From positions 1 through 62,071 of the IMG/VR virus record IMGVR_UViG_3300037873_000013: a DNA stretch of 62,071 nt. One strand, written 5' to 3'. Positions 1 to 10,554 of the stretch are shown here, piece after piece. The notes under the pieces are model-generated. The model saw nothing but the letters and a program-made list of their open reading frames with translations, searched no databases and was not told the DNA's origin. How positions within the stretch are numbered: the first letter of the stretch is position 1; each line of letters begins with the position of its first letter. The DNA is from a virus. Lineage: Duplodnaviria > Caudoviricetes. The translations under genes and the position numbers were made by a program.

Positions 1-127
1 TCTCTCTTGTTGGCAGATCACCTGAGCATGTGCAGAACCTTTCGGATGCAACCCACCGGGCACTATTGGACAGAGACAGTGCAGGTGTGTTCGTCAATGC
101 CATCACTGTCGCAGGATTGACCGTGGT
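1..127. repeat. Terminal direct repeat copy 1 (identical to 61945-62071); circular assembly overlap
   Basis: First 127 nt equal the last 127 nt; the overlap falls inside a continuous ORF. Confidence 0.95.
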
Positions 128-224
128 TGAAAGGCGATGCGCAGCGCGAGGGACAGTCACGGAGAGCCCAGGGGCTCTCTGGGAAGTGCCCGATATCTAC
201 GAGTTGGAGGCTCAAGCAGTATGA
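1..224 (+). CDS. Tail terminator/completion protein, 3' part
   Basis: In frame with ATG 61704 after circularisation. Confidence 0.7.
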   Translation, partial: SLVGRSPEHVQNLSDATHRALLDRDSAGVFVNAITVAGLTVVERRCAARGTVTESPGALWEVPDIYELEAQAV

Positions 225-475
225 GCAACGTCGATCTTGACGTCCCCGCAGGGTGGGTGAGGATGTATCACCCTGAACTTCTGAACGAGCAGGGTGACGC
301 GCCGACCAGCGTCGTCACGTTGGAGTCGTTCGAGGACAACCACAGCGAGAAGGGCTGGGAGAAGGTGCCCGAAGGCGCCGATCTGAAGCCTGTCGAGACG
401 GTGGGAACCGTCGTCAAGTCCAGCAGCCTCAAGAAGGCCAAGCCGGCCAGTGGCGGCACGGGAGGCGGTAGCTGA
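221..475 (+). CDS. Small virion-region protein (84 aa, VxMYH...KGW motif)
   Basis: ATG 221 with GGAGG RBS, overlaps the upstream stop; coupled to major tail gene. Confidence 0.7.
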   Translation: MSNVDLDVPAGWVRMYHPELLNEQGDAPTSVVTLESFEDNHSEKGWEKVPEGADLKPVETVGTVVKSSSLKKAKPASGGTGGGS

Positions 476-951
476 TGGCTCGCTTCTTCCGCCGCGGTCG
501 TACCAAGGTCTTCTGGGTTCCGACGATCGCCAGCGCATCGCTGATCCCCACAGCAGCCGAGGTCAACGCCGGCACCAACATGACAGCGTCGATCGCCGGG
601 ATGGAGGGCTTCTCGTTCCAGAACTCACCCATCCCGACGCCTGACCTGGCCACCACGTTCACGACCACCATCCCGGGTGAGGACACGGCCGACAACCCCC
701 AGCTGACCTTCTACGAGGACACCACCACCAACACGCTGCAGACCACCCTGGCGAAGGGGACCGAGGGATACCCGGTCATCTTCTACGCGGGCACGGCTGG
801 AGCCACGCCTGCAGCCGCCGACAAGGCGGAGGTGTGGAAGGCCATCAGCACGGGTCCCAACCGTGAGTACACGGTTGGCAACGACCCTGCCAGGTGGATG
901 GCTCGGCTGACCCCCAGCGCCCCGCCCAACTTCTCCGCCACTCTGACCTGA
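475..951 (+). CDS. Major tail (tube) protein
   Basis: 158 aa Thr/Ala-rich protein directly upstream of the frameshifting chaperone and tape measure; strong codon bias. Confidence 0.85.
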   Translation: MARFFRRGRTKVFWVPTIASASLIPTAAEVNAGTNMTASIAGMEGFSFQNSPIPTPDLATTFTTTIPGEDTADNPQLTFYEDTTTNTLQTTLAKGTEGYPVIFYAGTAGATPAAADKAEVWKAISTGPNREYTVGNDPARWMARLTPSAPPNFSATLT

Positions 952-958
952 TCTAGGC

Positions 959-1005
959 TCGGGCTGGACTCGGAGCGGCGCCGGTCGCTCCGGGCTCCAG
1001 CTCGA
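959..1005 (+). terminator. Long GC-rich hairpin after major tail gene
   Basis: tcgggctgga-ctcggagcggc / gtcgctccggg-c-tccagctcga inverted repeat. Confidence 0.6.
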
Positions 1006-1036
1006 CAGACGAACGACGTACGACAGGAGAACCAAC

Positions 1037-1630
1037 ATGGTCAAGGCTCTGGACCGTCTTCGATCGCGCAAGAAGGCCACCTCCAAAGACATCCCGATCT
1101 GCATGGATTCGGCGCTGGTTGTTCGCAAAGAGCAGCTGACCGGCAAGCTCGGTCAGCTCAAGGCCAAGCTCAAGATCCGAGCGGACGAGCAGCTTGAGGC
1201 GCAGATCTCCGAGCTGGAAGACGAGCTGGAAGAGGTTCGTGCCGAGATCCTCCGTGCATCGGAGTGGATCAGGCTCACGGCTCTCGCTCCTGACGAGTAT
1301 CAGGACCTGCTCGACTCCCACAAGCCGACCAAAGAGCAGATCCGCGAGGCGCGCAAGCTCCATGGTCCCAGGGCTTCCCTGCAATGGAACACGGACACGT
1401 TCCCCGATGCGATCCTCGTCGAGTGCGCGTCAGTGCTCACGGTGAAGGAGTTCGATCCGGAGACCGATCGTCCTGTGTTCCAGGGAGACGGCGAGAAGTT
1501 CACCGATGAGTTCGTGAAGGAGATGCGCAAGGAAGGTCTCTGGAACTCGGCTGAAGTCAGCACTCTCGTCAACGCTGCCATGCAAGTGAATGAGTCGATG
1601 TCCAACATCGACGCAGCGGGAAACGGATAA
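1037..1630 (+). CDS. Tail assembly chaperone (gpG-like)
   Basis: Between tube and tape measure genes; ends in slippery G GGA AAC (1618-1624). Confidence 0.85.
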   Translation: MVKALDRLRSRKKATSKDIPICMDSALVVRKEQLTGKLGQLKAKLKIRADEQLEAQISELEDELEEVRAEILRASEWIRLTALAPDEYQDLLDSHKPTKEQIREARKLHGPRASLQWNTDTFPDAILVECASVLTVKEFDPETDRPVFQGDGEKFTDEFVKEMRKEGLWNSAEVSTLVNAAMQVNESMSNIDAAGNG

Positions 1631-2049
1631 CGGCAGATCTCTTTCTCCAGATGGAGATGGAGGTTTGCCGGCAATACCAGATCCCATACAGCCACTTCCA
1701 GGGTGGTCCAAGGATATGGGACGATGCAGATAGAGCCAAGGCCATCGCTCATGAGCACTTCCTCAAGACCATATGCCAGCGCTGTGGTAGATCGAGAAGC
1801 GACTACTACGATCATGAGGACCAGCCCCTGGAAGAGCCACTGTGGGCTGTGGTCGTACGTAGGTGCTCTGGTTGTGAGGATATGGGGCGGCTGGAGAAAC
1901 AGCTTCCTGACAAGGCGAGAGAGCAAGGCCAGTTTGTAACCTTCATACCGTCGACAGACTTGACGGATGACGATGACGAAGCCATAGATCAGCTTTCGAC
2001 GCTCGAAGCTGAGACACCATCACCACAGAGGCTTCCAGGTCTGTCATGA
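1624..2049 (+). CDS. Tail assembly chaperone -1 frameshift extension (gpGT-like)
   Basis: -1 frame from the GGGAAAC site is open and continuous into ORF 1651..2049. Confidence 0.8.
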   Translation, partial: RITADLFLQMEMEVCRQYQIPYSHFQGGPRIWDDADRAKAIAHEHFLKTICQRCGRSRSDYYDHEDQPLEEPLWAVVVRRCSGCEDMGRLEKQLPDKAREQGQFVTFIPSTDLTDDDDEAIDQLSTLEAETPSPQRLPGLS

Positions 2050-5000
2050 TCCGTACACTCGCTGTCCTTCTCTCTGTCAAGGGCGGAGCTGGGTTCAAAG
2101 CCCAGATGGCGCAAGCCTCAGGCTCCGTCAAAGCGTTCGAGAAGGGCGTCGAGGGTGCGAGTTCGCGTACCTCGAAGGTTGCCAGTGGTCTGAAGGCTGT
2201 CTTTGCCGGCCTAGCGGTTGCAGCAGCACTGTTCTTCAGTAATGCCATCAGCCAAGCCATCGCCTTTGAAGGGGCGATGCGCAATGTCAACAGCATCAGC
2301 TATCTATCTGAGAGACAACTAGCGACACTCTCAAATCAGGTCATAGCGCTGTCTGTGCGTGTACCTCAGTCAGCGAAGGAGCTGGCTGACGGTCTCTACG
2401 ACATCGCATCCAGTGGGTTTGCTGGTGCTGAAGGCATGAAAGTGCTGGATGCCAGCGCTGTTGCGGCATCGGCTGGTCTAACCAGTACAGCGACATCGGC
2501 CAAGGCCATCACCCAGGTGCTGAACGCCTACGGGTTGTCGGCAGACCACGCGGCAGACGTCTCGGACGTCCTCTTCCAGACCGTCAACCTGGGTGTCGTC
2601 ACCTTCGAGGAACTGGCCACCCAGCTGGGTGACGTCGTCGGCGGGGCTGCAGCTGCTGGTGTGGCGATCGATGAGGTCGGGGCTGCGACAGCAGCCATGA
2701 CCCTGGCCGGTCTGAGCGCGGCCGAGAGCACCACCTCGCTGAACAACCTCATCAGGTCGCTGATCAAGCCCAGCGATGGGCTCGCCAGCGCGTACCAGAA
2801 CCTTGGCATCGAGAGCGGTGCTGCCCAGCTGGAGCAGCACGGGCTCTTCGAGACCATGGAGCTGCTTAGGCAATCCACTGGTGGCAACATCACCACGCTG
2901 TTGCAGCTGTTCCCGGAGATCCGTGCAGCCCGTGGTGCCTTCGCTCTGATGGCCGTTGATGGGCAGAACTACGCCAGGACGTTCGCTGGCATCGCCGATG
3001 AGCAGTCCCGGGCCGGAGCCACACAGCGAGCCTTCAACGAGCAGATGAAGGGCCTGGGACAGCAATGGAAGCTGTTCACCAACCAGGTCAACGCTGTCTC
3101 ACTGAGTGTGGGTGTGGCACTCATCCCGGTGTTGCGGAAAGCACTCGATGCCGTTCGGGAGCTGGGACCGGCGGTAGTCGACTTCTTCAGTAACCTGGTC
3201 TCGATCGGTACCCCAGCTGCCTTGGCGGTCTGGGAGGCGCTGCAGGATGTGTTCGATCTGATCGAGACCATCGGTGATGAGCTGGGGCCCGTAGGGGCTG
3301 GCTTGGCTGCGGCATTCGGTGGTGCAGCGCTAATGACGATCAAGACCTTGGCTCAGGCCATCGGTGCGCTGGCCGGTTTCCTGGCCGATCACCCCGGGCT
3401 CGTGCGAGCTGTGGCGATCGCCTATGGCGGGGTCCTGGTTGGTCGGCTGATGACGGCAGCGGCAGCGCTGATCCAGGTCCAGGGTGGGCTCTTGGCGGTT
3501 AGGGCCGGTCTGCTCGGGCTGTCCATCCAAAGCGCTCTACAGAGTCTTGCCATTCGGGTCATGTTCCTGGGAGACGCTATCTACAGCGTCTTCTCGATGG
3601 GGAACCTGAAGAATCTCAGCAGCTTCAAGACAGCGTTCCAGGGTCTTGGTGGTGTGCTCAGTTCACCAGCGCTGGCCGGAGCCGTGTTCGTGGCCGGAGT
3701 TTACGCCATCACGACAGGGCTCCAGAAGGCCAAGCAGCAAGCTCAAGAGTTCATAGACCTGGTCAATCAGGATCTGAACAAGACGTCTGTAGCGTCATTC
3801 GACACCAAGATCGAACGTCTTCAAGTCAGGATGCGTGGTCTGACTGAAGAATGGGAAGAGATGGGGGCTGACAACAAGCTCTTTGGTGTCCTCAAGGGAA
3901 CACTCGAAATACTGACCCCAATGGAGAACAAGGTTCTAGATAATGCTGTCGCCTGGGATCAGTTGAACGAGGAAATGAAGGAAGCTCAATCGATTCAGGC
4001 TTCGTTGCAGCACACAATAGACACCATCTCCAACATCACAGGGCAGTCGAGAGAGGTGGTTGAGGAGTGGCTATCTACTCTTGAAGACTTTGATCCCTCG
4101 AACATGACCGTACATTCAGGAGAGCTAGCAGAACAGCTCTCCGCCGTGATAGCTCAAGCTCGGTCGGGTAAGCCGGCCACCGACCAGCTCAGAGAGTCTC
4201 TTGTCACGGTCAGCGATGTAACAGCCACGGCTACCGACCGCGTCGGTGCCTTCAGCGATGCACTCGAAGCACTCATTGGGATCTCTCTCGGAGCCTGGGA
4301 CGCAGAGACCAAGCTCGCTGAGGCCATCCAGGGTCTTGGTGACAGCATGAGCGAGAACGGCACCACGTTCGACGCCTGGACGGAGAAGGGACGCGAGAAC
4401 CGAGATGCCCTGAGCGAGACCGTCCAGGCACAGATCGACTATGCAAACAGCATCGCCGAGACCACAGGCTCAGTGCGGGAAGGTGTCGATGCGCTGGTTC
4501 TGATGCGCCAAGGGCTCATAAACCAGCTGGAAGCCAGCGGCATGGCCAAGTCTGCTGCCGAAGAACTCATCAACACTCTGGGGCTGACTCCGGAGAACAT
4601 CGAGACCCTGGTGAGCCTGGAAGGCGCTGACACGGCAGCCAGCAAGCTCGTCGATGTCCAAGCACTGATCGCCACCATCGACAAGGCCAAGGCCACAGGT
4701 ACAGTCGAGCTGGACACCGGGTACTTCGATGGAGATGCTGCAGCGATTACGGAATGGATCGAGCAGATCGCCATAGCGGCACCTGAAGCCACCGTGTTGC
4801 TAGACGGTGCTCCGTTCCAGGCGACTGCAGAGCAGGTCACGGCTTGGGCCCAGGAGTACGACAGCTCCACACCCGAAGCTGAAGCTCTACTGAACGTCAT
4901 CGATCCAGACAACAAGTACCGCTCGCTCGATGACGCAGCGGAGAACTGGGGACGCACGAGCACGTCAGGCACAGCTGGACTCAACAACCTGGCAGCCTCG

Positions 5001-5600
5001 CCGATGGCTCGCAACGCTGCGAACCTCAGCGCATGGAACCGCTCGCGAGGAACAGCCTCCGCCCATCTCACCGACAACGCATCACCAAAGCTCATCAGTG
5101 TCGGGAACCGGCTTGATGAGATCGATGGGCGTCAGGTGCACGCGTCAATCAGCATCAGTGTCACAGCTCAGGGTGACGCGGCTGCGAACATCGCTCTTAG
5201 CAAGCTCGGTGGACAAGGTGGCGGACGACGCTGGGGCGGAGTCCACATGGCCCAGACAGGGATGATGTGGGAGGCACAGATTGCCAACGACCCCACCATC
5301 ATCTATGGCGAGAGGCCAACTGGTGGGGAGGCGATGATCCCCAGACTGGGGATGCGCAACCGGTCGTTGTCCATCCTGGAAGTGGCAGCTGGCTGGTACG
5401 GGATGGACCTGGTGAAGCAGGGTTCCGGAGGCGGTCAGTTCATGTCGACCGTCAACAACATCAACGTGAGTGTTGGTGTGAGTGTCCGAGCTGAAGCAGG
5501 GGTCGACCGTGGTCGGTTGTCCAAGGAGATCAGCAGGACGGTCACCAAGGCTATGGATGGGCAGATGAGGGATCTCAAGCGAGAGCTTTCGAGGCGCTGA
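2046..5600 (+). CDS. Tape measure protein (TP901-type N-terminal core)
   Basis: 1184 aa, Ala-rich helical with central hydrophobic segments; FEGAMRNVNSI...SAKELADGLYDIASSG pattern; C-terminal GERPTGGEAMIP motif. Confidence 0.95.
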   Translation: MIRTLAVLLSVKGGAGFKAQMAQASGSVKAFEKGVEGASSRTSKVASGLKAVFAGLAVAAALFFSNAISQAIAFEGAMRNVNSISYLSERQLATLSNQVIALSVRVPQSAKELADGLYDIASSGFAGAEGMKVLDASAVAASAGLTSTATSAKAITQVLNAYGLSADHAADVSDVLFQTVNLGVVTFEELATQLGDVVGGAAAAGVAIDEVGAATAAMTLAGLSAAESTTSLNNLIRSLIKPSDGLASAYQNLGIESGAAQLEQHGLFETMELLRQSTGGNITTLLQLFPEIRAARGAFALMAVDGQNYARTFAGIADEQSRAGATQRAFNEQMKGLGQQWKLFTNQVNAVSLSVGVALIPVLRKALDAVRELGPAVVDFFSNLVSIGTPAALAVWEALQDVFDLIETIGDELGPVGAGLAAAFGGAALMTIKTLAQAIGALAGFLADHPGLVRAVAIAYGGVLVGRLMTAAAALIQVQGGLLAVRAGLLGLSIQSALQSLAIRVMFLGDAIYSVFSMGNLKNLSSFKTAFQGLGGVLSSPALAGAVFVAGVYAITTGLQKAKQQAQEFIDLVNQDLNKTSVASFDTKIERLQVRMRGLTEEWEEMGADNKLFGVLKGTLEILTPMENKVLDNAVAWDQLNEEMKEAQSIQASLQHTIDTISNITGQSREVVEEWLSTLEDFDPSNMTVHSGELAEQLSAVIAQARSGKPATDQLRESLVTVSDVTATATDRVGAFSDALEALIGISLGAWDAETKLAEAIQGLGDSMSENGTTFDAWTEKGRENRDALSETVQAQIDYANSIAETTGSVREGVDALVLMRQGLINQLEASGMAKSAAEELINTLGLTPENIETLVSLEGADTAASKLVDVQALIATIDKAKATGTVELDTGYFDGDAAAITEWIEQIAIAAPEATVLLDGAPFQATAEQVTAWAQEYDSSTPEAEALLNVIDPDNKYRSLDDAAENWGRTSTSGTAGLNNLAASPMARNAANLSAWNRSRGTASAHLTDNASPKLISVGNRLDEIDGRQVHASISISVTAQGDAAANIALSKLGGQGGGRRWGGVHMAQTGMMWEAQIANDPTIIYGERPTGGEAMIPRLGMRNRSLSILEVAAGWYGMDLVKQGSGGGQFMSTVNNINVSVGVSVRAEAGVDRGRLSKEISRTVTKAMDGQMRDLKRELSRR

Positions 5601-5601
5601 C

Positions 5602-8157
5602 ATGGGACAAATCGAGATCTTCCCAGCTGTGCAGGTGGCATCCAGTGGCACGGTGGTGGCCACAGGCGCAGCCAGCAGCCTCATAGCCTTGAACGACAGC
5701 AGTGACAGCAGCTACATCGTCAACAGCGGATCTTCTCGGGCAAGCCGCGGCTACATGCTCGATGACTTCTCAGGTTCCCTGCCGGCTGGAGCTGTGGTCC
5801 AGTCCGTGCAGATGCGGTTTCGGTACAGTCACGCCAACCGGCCCAATCCATCACCGTACGAGATTCTCAAGCCCGTGACGGTGCTCATTGGCCGACAGGT
5901 GCCCATTGGCGGAGGTGCCTTCAAGTACGTCTATGACGGGTATCACGGTGGACAGCAGATGCTCGATTGGGTAGCGAGTACGAGCATCACCGAGGCCACC
6001 TTCCATCCACGTCAACAAACCTACGCAGGCGAGTACTACGCAGACATCTATGCACGCGGTGGTCGTCGGTTGTTCGTGTCATTGGAGCTGTTGGCTGACA
6101 CCATCCTGAACGTTTCTCGGATGTACAGCATCAGCGTTCTGGTCAACTATAACGAGCTGCCTGTTGTCGCTGTTGTAGATCCGACAGGTACCTACTCGGT
6201 CAGTCGACCGACCATCACATGGACATACAGCGACCCCGACGGGGATTCGCAGACCCTGTTCCATGTGAAGATCTTTACCGATGATCAGGTCGCAGCAGCT
6301 GGATTCAACGTCGACACGAGCGAAGCTCTCTACGATGTCTCTCGTTGGTCATCAGTAACACAGCACACCCCTGAATCCAGCTTCTATGTTGGTGACGGTG
6401 TCTACCGTGCCTATGTGAGAGTGGCGCACAACAACATCGGTAACCAGCAGATGTGGAGTGCCTGGGACTTCAACGATTTCACCCTAGATCTCGAAGAACC
6501 TCAATACCCTGTCATTCTGGCCGAGCACGACGCGTCCATGAACGCTGTCATGATCGAGTTTCAATCGCACGACAACATGCTCGATTGGAACCAGTCGAGC
6601 GGTGAGCTGACCACCACAGCTGGGGTCACGGGCGACACGAACACGACCGTGACCAACACGAGCGCTCAGGCATCCCATGGTGTGCGCAGCTTCCAGTACA
6701 CGAGGACCGGCAGCACGGGCACGGCAGCCTTTCGCACCACAGCCGGCCTGGGAGGCATAGCGGTTCACGAGGGGGATCTGTACATCGTTCTCGTGGATGT
6801 TCGGACCCAGACCACAGCCCGGTCGGTCAGCGTCGGGATCTCCTGGTACGACGCAGCTGGGGCACTGCTCTCGACATCGACAGGTGTCGCCTCGAACGAC
6901 GCGTCAGGAGCCTGGCAACAGCGCTATGTGATCGCTAAGGCGCCCGTGGGTGCGATGACCGCTGCCGTGGTGGTCTCGGCTGCCAGCGTCGCAGTGAGCG
7001 AGAACCACTACGCAGACAAGCTCTCGATCTTGAGAGTGCACCATCACGTCTACCCTCAAGAGAACGCTGCTGACCTGGCACTGTGGCAGGCAGGCACGAA
7101 CACGACTCTCGCTATCAGCACTGCCCAGCGGTACGACGGTGACGCGTCGATGTCGATGACGCGCACCACATCAACGGGCACGGCATCTGGGCACACCTTC
7201 CCGGGCTTGTTCGGTATCCCCGCAGTGGCTGGGGAGATCTATGAAGCAACAGCACAGTTCCGAGCCAGCACGACCGGTCGAGTCTGCTCGATCGTCTTCC
7301 GCTTCTACGACATCTCGCAAGTGATTCTCTCGGCCACGCAAACCCAGGTGTCTCCTACCGACCTGACGACTGGATGGGTTGAAGCCTCGGTGAGTGCTAC
7401 CGCTCCAGCGAACACGGTGTGGGTGGAGATCGATGTTGCGGCTGCTGGGTGTGCTGTGAGCGAGGTGCACTACGTTGATCGCATCACCCTGACGCACTTT
7501 GCATCTCGCACATGGACACGAGGCGGATTCCTGAACGAGACGTCAGTCATGGTGAGAGAACGATCGATCGATCTGGGTACAACCTGGCAGGCGTACCGTG
7601 ACTCGATCTCCATGGATGGGCACATAGAGCACATCGATGGGGAGATCCCCTCAGCTGCTGAGGTGTGGTATCGGGCCAAGGTTGAAGCGGATAACCAAGA
7701 TGGCGAACCCATGACGTCTGTGTACTCGCCTGTTGAACGTATCATCGTCCCTGTCTACACCGCATGGTGGTTGCGGGATCCGCTCGACATGCCCGATAGC
7801 AACATGATCGTGAGGGTCAAGAGTTCGGTTGCCGAGCGGCCCAAGCCCCAAAGTGTCGGGTATCCGCTCGAAGGATCTACAGCTGTCGTCTCGCACGACG
7901 GTGTCAAAGGCAGGGTCTGGTCTCTTGAGATCGATCTTCTCAACGAAGGCGACTATGCAACTTTCTGGCAGATGATCGAAAGCGGGCACACGCTAGTCAT
8001 CCAAGACACCCTTGGGCGCCAGGTGTACGTCCAGCCTGGGGAGACCACGCGTGAAGAGATGATGCGTGCCTACAAGACACCGTTCGAGCAGTGGCCGATC
8101 AGGCATGCCCACACGGTGGAACTGACCTTCATCGAGGTGGAGCGGGCTAGTGGTTGA
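5602..8157 (+). CDS. Minor tail protein (distal-tail-like, two carbohydrate-binding-like repeats)
   Basis: Follows tape measure; two internally similar beta-rich segments (GGIAVHEG / FGIPAVAGE ... HYADK / HYVDR). Confidence 0.75.
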   Translation: MGQIEIFPAVQVASSGTVVATGAASSLIALNDSSDSSYIVNSGSSRASRGYMLDDFSGSLPAGAVVQSVQMRFRYSHANRPNPSPYEILKPVTVLIGRQVPIGGGAFKYVYDGYHGGQQMLDWVASTSITEATFHPRQQTYAGEYYADIYARGGRRLFVSLELLADTILNVSRMYSISVLVNYNELPVVAVVDPTGTYSVSRPTITWTYSDPDGDSQTLFHVKIFTDDQVAAAGFNVDTSEALYDVSRWSSVTQHTPESSFYVGDGVYRAYVRVAHNNIGNQQMWSAWDFNDFTLDLEEPQYPVILAEHDASMNAVMIEFQSHDNMLDWNQSSGELTTTAGVTGDTNTTVTNTSAQASHGVRSFQYTRTGSTGTAAFRTTAGLGGIAVHEGDLYIVLVDVRTQTTARSVSVGISWYDAAGALLSTSTGVASNDASGAWQQRYVIAKAPVGAMTAAVVVSAASVAVSENHYADKLSILRVHHHVYPQENAADLALWQAGTNTTLAISTAQRYDGDASMSMTRTTSTGTASGHTFPGLFGIPAVAGEIYEATAQFRASTTGRVCSIVFRFYDISQVILSATQTQVSPTDLTTGWVEASVSATAPANTVWVEIDVAAAGCAVSEVHYVDRITLTHFASRTWTRGGFLNETSVMVRERSIDLGTTWQAYRDSISMDGHIEHIDGEIPSAAEVWYRAKVEADNQDGEPMTSVYSPVERIIVPVYTAWWLRDPLDMPDSNMIVRVKSSVAERPKPQSVGYPLEGSTAVVSHDGVKGRVWSLEIDLLNEGDYATFWQMIESGHTLVIQDTLGRQVYVQPGETTREEMMRAYKTPFEQWPIRHAHTVELTFIEVERASG

Positions 8158-9337
8158 CGCTGCTCTAGCCGGCCAGGAAAGCGCACAGATCATCTCTCGT
8201 GTGCGCGTCATCGACTTCGATGGAGTCGTTGTTCTCTCCACGGACCCGACGGACGAGGTGCCGATGCTGCACGTGGTTGGTGGCCGTGTGCTTCATGACG
8301 ACACTGCCACCATCAAGACAACGTGCAACGTCACACTGTCCATCGATGCAGAGCACGAGTTCCTTGTGCCTACCGGAGCAGGTGATGCCCTCTCACCGAT
8401 CTCCGAGGTGATGGTCGAGATCTATGTCGGTGTGCTTGACCTGGAGACTGGAGACCCTCAGTTCGAGAAACAAGCAACACTGGAGATAGTTGACACTGAC
8501 ATCACAGAGGATGGTGACGGTCTCAAGATCGATCTCGATCTACAGGACAAACACAAGAAGATCGAGCGTGCTCGATTCTTTGTTGTGCGGAAGATCGGCA
8601 AGAGCACCAACTACGCTGATGCTTTCGTCAACATCCTACAGAACGTGATCCCAGAGTCTGAGATCAACATCACACCTACGACGCACACGACCCCGCTGTT
8701 GTCCTGGGACATCGAAGACGATCGACTTGTTGCGTTCAATGAGATGCAGACATCCATCGGCTATGTCAACAGGTTCGATGGGGACGGCAATGCTCAGATT
8801 CATCCCGACACAGACTCATCGGACGATCCTCTCTGGAGCTTCGCCGAGGGTCCTGGTACAGAGATAGAGACCATCTCTGGGCTGGCTAAGGCTCTCAAGA
8901 CCAAGAGGAAGCTCAGCGACAGCAAGACCTACAACGGAGTCATATCGCTGGGAGAACCCACAGGCGATGACAAGCCTCGTATCCGTGCGGAAGCCTGGGA
9001 CACCAACTCGAACTCCCTGACCTACTTCGATCCGGCCAAGCCCCAGGAATCCAGGTACGGGCCGGTACCGTTCTTCTACTCCAGCCCTTTCATCACGACT
9101 CAGGCACAGGCACTCTCGGCAGCCAAGTCGAGACTGCCCAAGGTGGCTGGAGTGGTCGAGCGAGTGGAGGTGACCACGCTCCCCAACCCTCGTGTCAGGT
9201 GTGGCCATGTAGCACAGATCGAACGGCCACGAATCGGCGCACGGGGGACGTACGTCGTCGAGTCGGTGGATCTACCTCTCCATGCCAGTGATGGCCCGAT
9301 GGTGGTCACGCTAAGGGAACGGAGGCTGTTCGCCTGA
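8150..9337 (+). CDS. Minor tail protein (baseplate hub/Tal-like)
   Basis: Position in the tail module; C-terminal YGPVPFFYSSP...PNPRVRCGH pattern typical of actinophage hub proteins. Confidence 0.75.
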   Translation: MVDAALAGQESAQIISRVRVIDFDGVVVLSTDPTDEVPMLHVVGGRVLHDDTATIKTTCNVTLSIDAEHEFLVPTGAGDALSPISEVMVEIYVGVLDLETGDPQFEKQATLEIVDTDITEDGDGLKIDLDLQDKHKKIERARFFVVRKIGKSTNYADAFVNILQNVIPESEINITPTTHTTPLLSWDIEDDRLVAFNEMQTSIGYVNRFDGDGNAQIHPDTDSSDDPLWSFAEGPGTEIETISGLAKALKTKRKLSDSKTYNGVISLGEPTGDDKPRIRAEAWDTNSNSLTYFDPAKPQESRYGPVPFFYSSPFITTQAQALSAAKSRLPKVAGVVERVEVTTLPNPRVRCGHVAQIERPRIGARGTYVVESVDLPLHASDGPMVVTLRERRLFA

Positions 9338-10542
9338 TGGGTGTGATCACGCGAGAGCTGGCAAATGACCTGACATCCAGTCCGAACAGCCCCTACCAGC
9401 TCGGTCAGGTGGTGGGGTTCGACTTCGATCACCAGCCACCGATGCTCCTGGTCAATGATGTCGAAAGACCCATGAGGTTTCTCGGCAACCTGGTGGACTA
9501 CACCTATTTCGATTCGGTGGTCTACGTCGCCCGGAACGGTGGGCCCCTGGTCATCGGCCGGCTCCCCTACATGGGCGGAGATCTCGAAGACTGGCATCTG
9601 GTAGGAGCTGGGGGAGAGCCAGCGTTTCAGAACAGCTGGGCGAACTTTGGCGGAGCGCACGCTGTGGCTGGGTTCTACATGCAGCCTGATGGGTGGGTGC
9701 GGCTCAAGGGGCTGGTAGCCAGTGGCACGAGCACGTCAACTATCTTCACCTTACCTGAGGGTTATCGGCCACCCTTCAATGCTGTATTCACCTCGGTCTC
9801 GAATGGTGTCCAGTGCGTGATCCAGGTGGACACATCGGGGAACGTCTCCAAGCCGATTGGTGGAAGCAATGCTCATGCCAGTCTTGCTGGAGTGACCTTT
9901 CCCACCCTTTGGAATAGAGCACAGTGGCTGCTACCTGTTCTCGAACAGGCATGGAGTCGCAGTGCCCAGCCAAATCCAACCGTCGAGATGTTCAGAAGAG
10001 ACGATGGTTGGGTCTGGACCAAAGGCATCCTCACTGGCACGTTGAACACCAGAATTCTTGTTCTTCCTGAACAGACTAGAGTACTGTCGAACCATATTCT
10101 CGCTTGTGTCGACATACCGGCGTTCGCTTTCAACCGCGTAGATCTGTTCTACAAGGGTGTCATGACACATGTTGTCGGTGCTACAAACGTCAACCTAGGT
10201 GGGAAGAACTGGTTCACCTCATCTGGTGGCCGCACGTTCGTAGCTCCTACGTTTCTGAACAGCTGGGCAAACTTCGCAACAGACACGGAGAACGCTGGTT
10301 ACTACGTCGATCATCTCGGTGTCTGTCATCTCCAAGGTGTTGTGACAGGAACCAATAATGATCCGATCTTCAACTTACCTGCTGGTGTACGACCCCTGGA
10401 ACAGCACATCTTCTTCACTGTGTCAGCAGGTGAGGTAGTTTGCCGAGTTGATGTACTTGCCAACGGAGATGTCAAACGGGGCTTACCTGTAGCAAATGGC
10501 TATCTGTCACTGAATGGAGTATCATTCAGGGTTGAACAATAG
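9337..10542 (+). CDS. Tail tip/fibre protein with three repeated beta modules
   Basis: Repeated NSWANF...GW/GV.V.LxG...IFxLPxGxRP modules. Confidence 0.7.
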   Translation: MGVITRELANDLTSSPNSPYQLGQVVGFDFDHQPPMLLVNDVERPMRFLGNLVDYTYFDSVVYVARNGGPLVIGRLPYMGGDLEDWHLVGAGGEPAFQNSWANFGGAHAVAGFYMQPDGWVRLKGLVASGTSTSTIFTLPEGYRPPFNAVFTSVSNGVQCVIQVDTSGNVSKPIGGSNAHASLAGVTFPTLWNRAQWLLPVLEQAWSRSAQPNPTVEMFRRDDGWVWTKGILTGTLNTRILVLPEQTRVLSNHILACVDIPAFAFNRVDLFYKGVMTHVVGATNVNLGGKNWFTSSGGRTFVAPTFLNSWANFATDTENAGYYVDHLGVCHLQGVVTGTNNDPIFNLPAGVRPLEQHIFFTVSAGEVVCRVDVLANGDVKRGLPVANGYLSLNGVSFRVEQ

Positions 10543-10554
10543 ACGGGAGACGAT

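Noticed and set aside
1-127. 127-bp terminal repeat as a biological direct terminal repeat
   Set aside because: The length equals a common assembler k-mer and it falls inside a continuous tail gene; it indicates circular assembly, not virion ends.
9337-10542. Diversity-generating retroelement target in the tail fibre
   Set aside because: No reverse transcriptase and no near-identical template repeat seen; the repeats are diverged protein modules.
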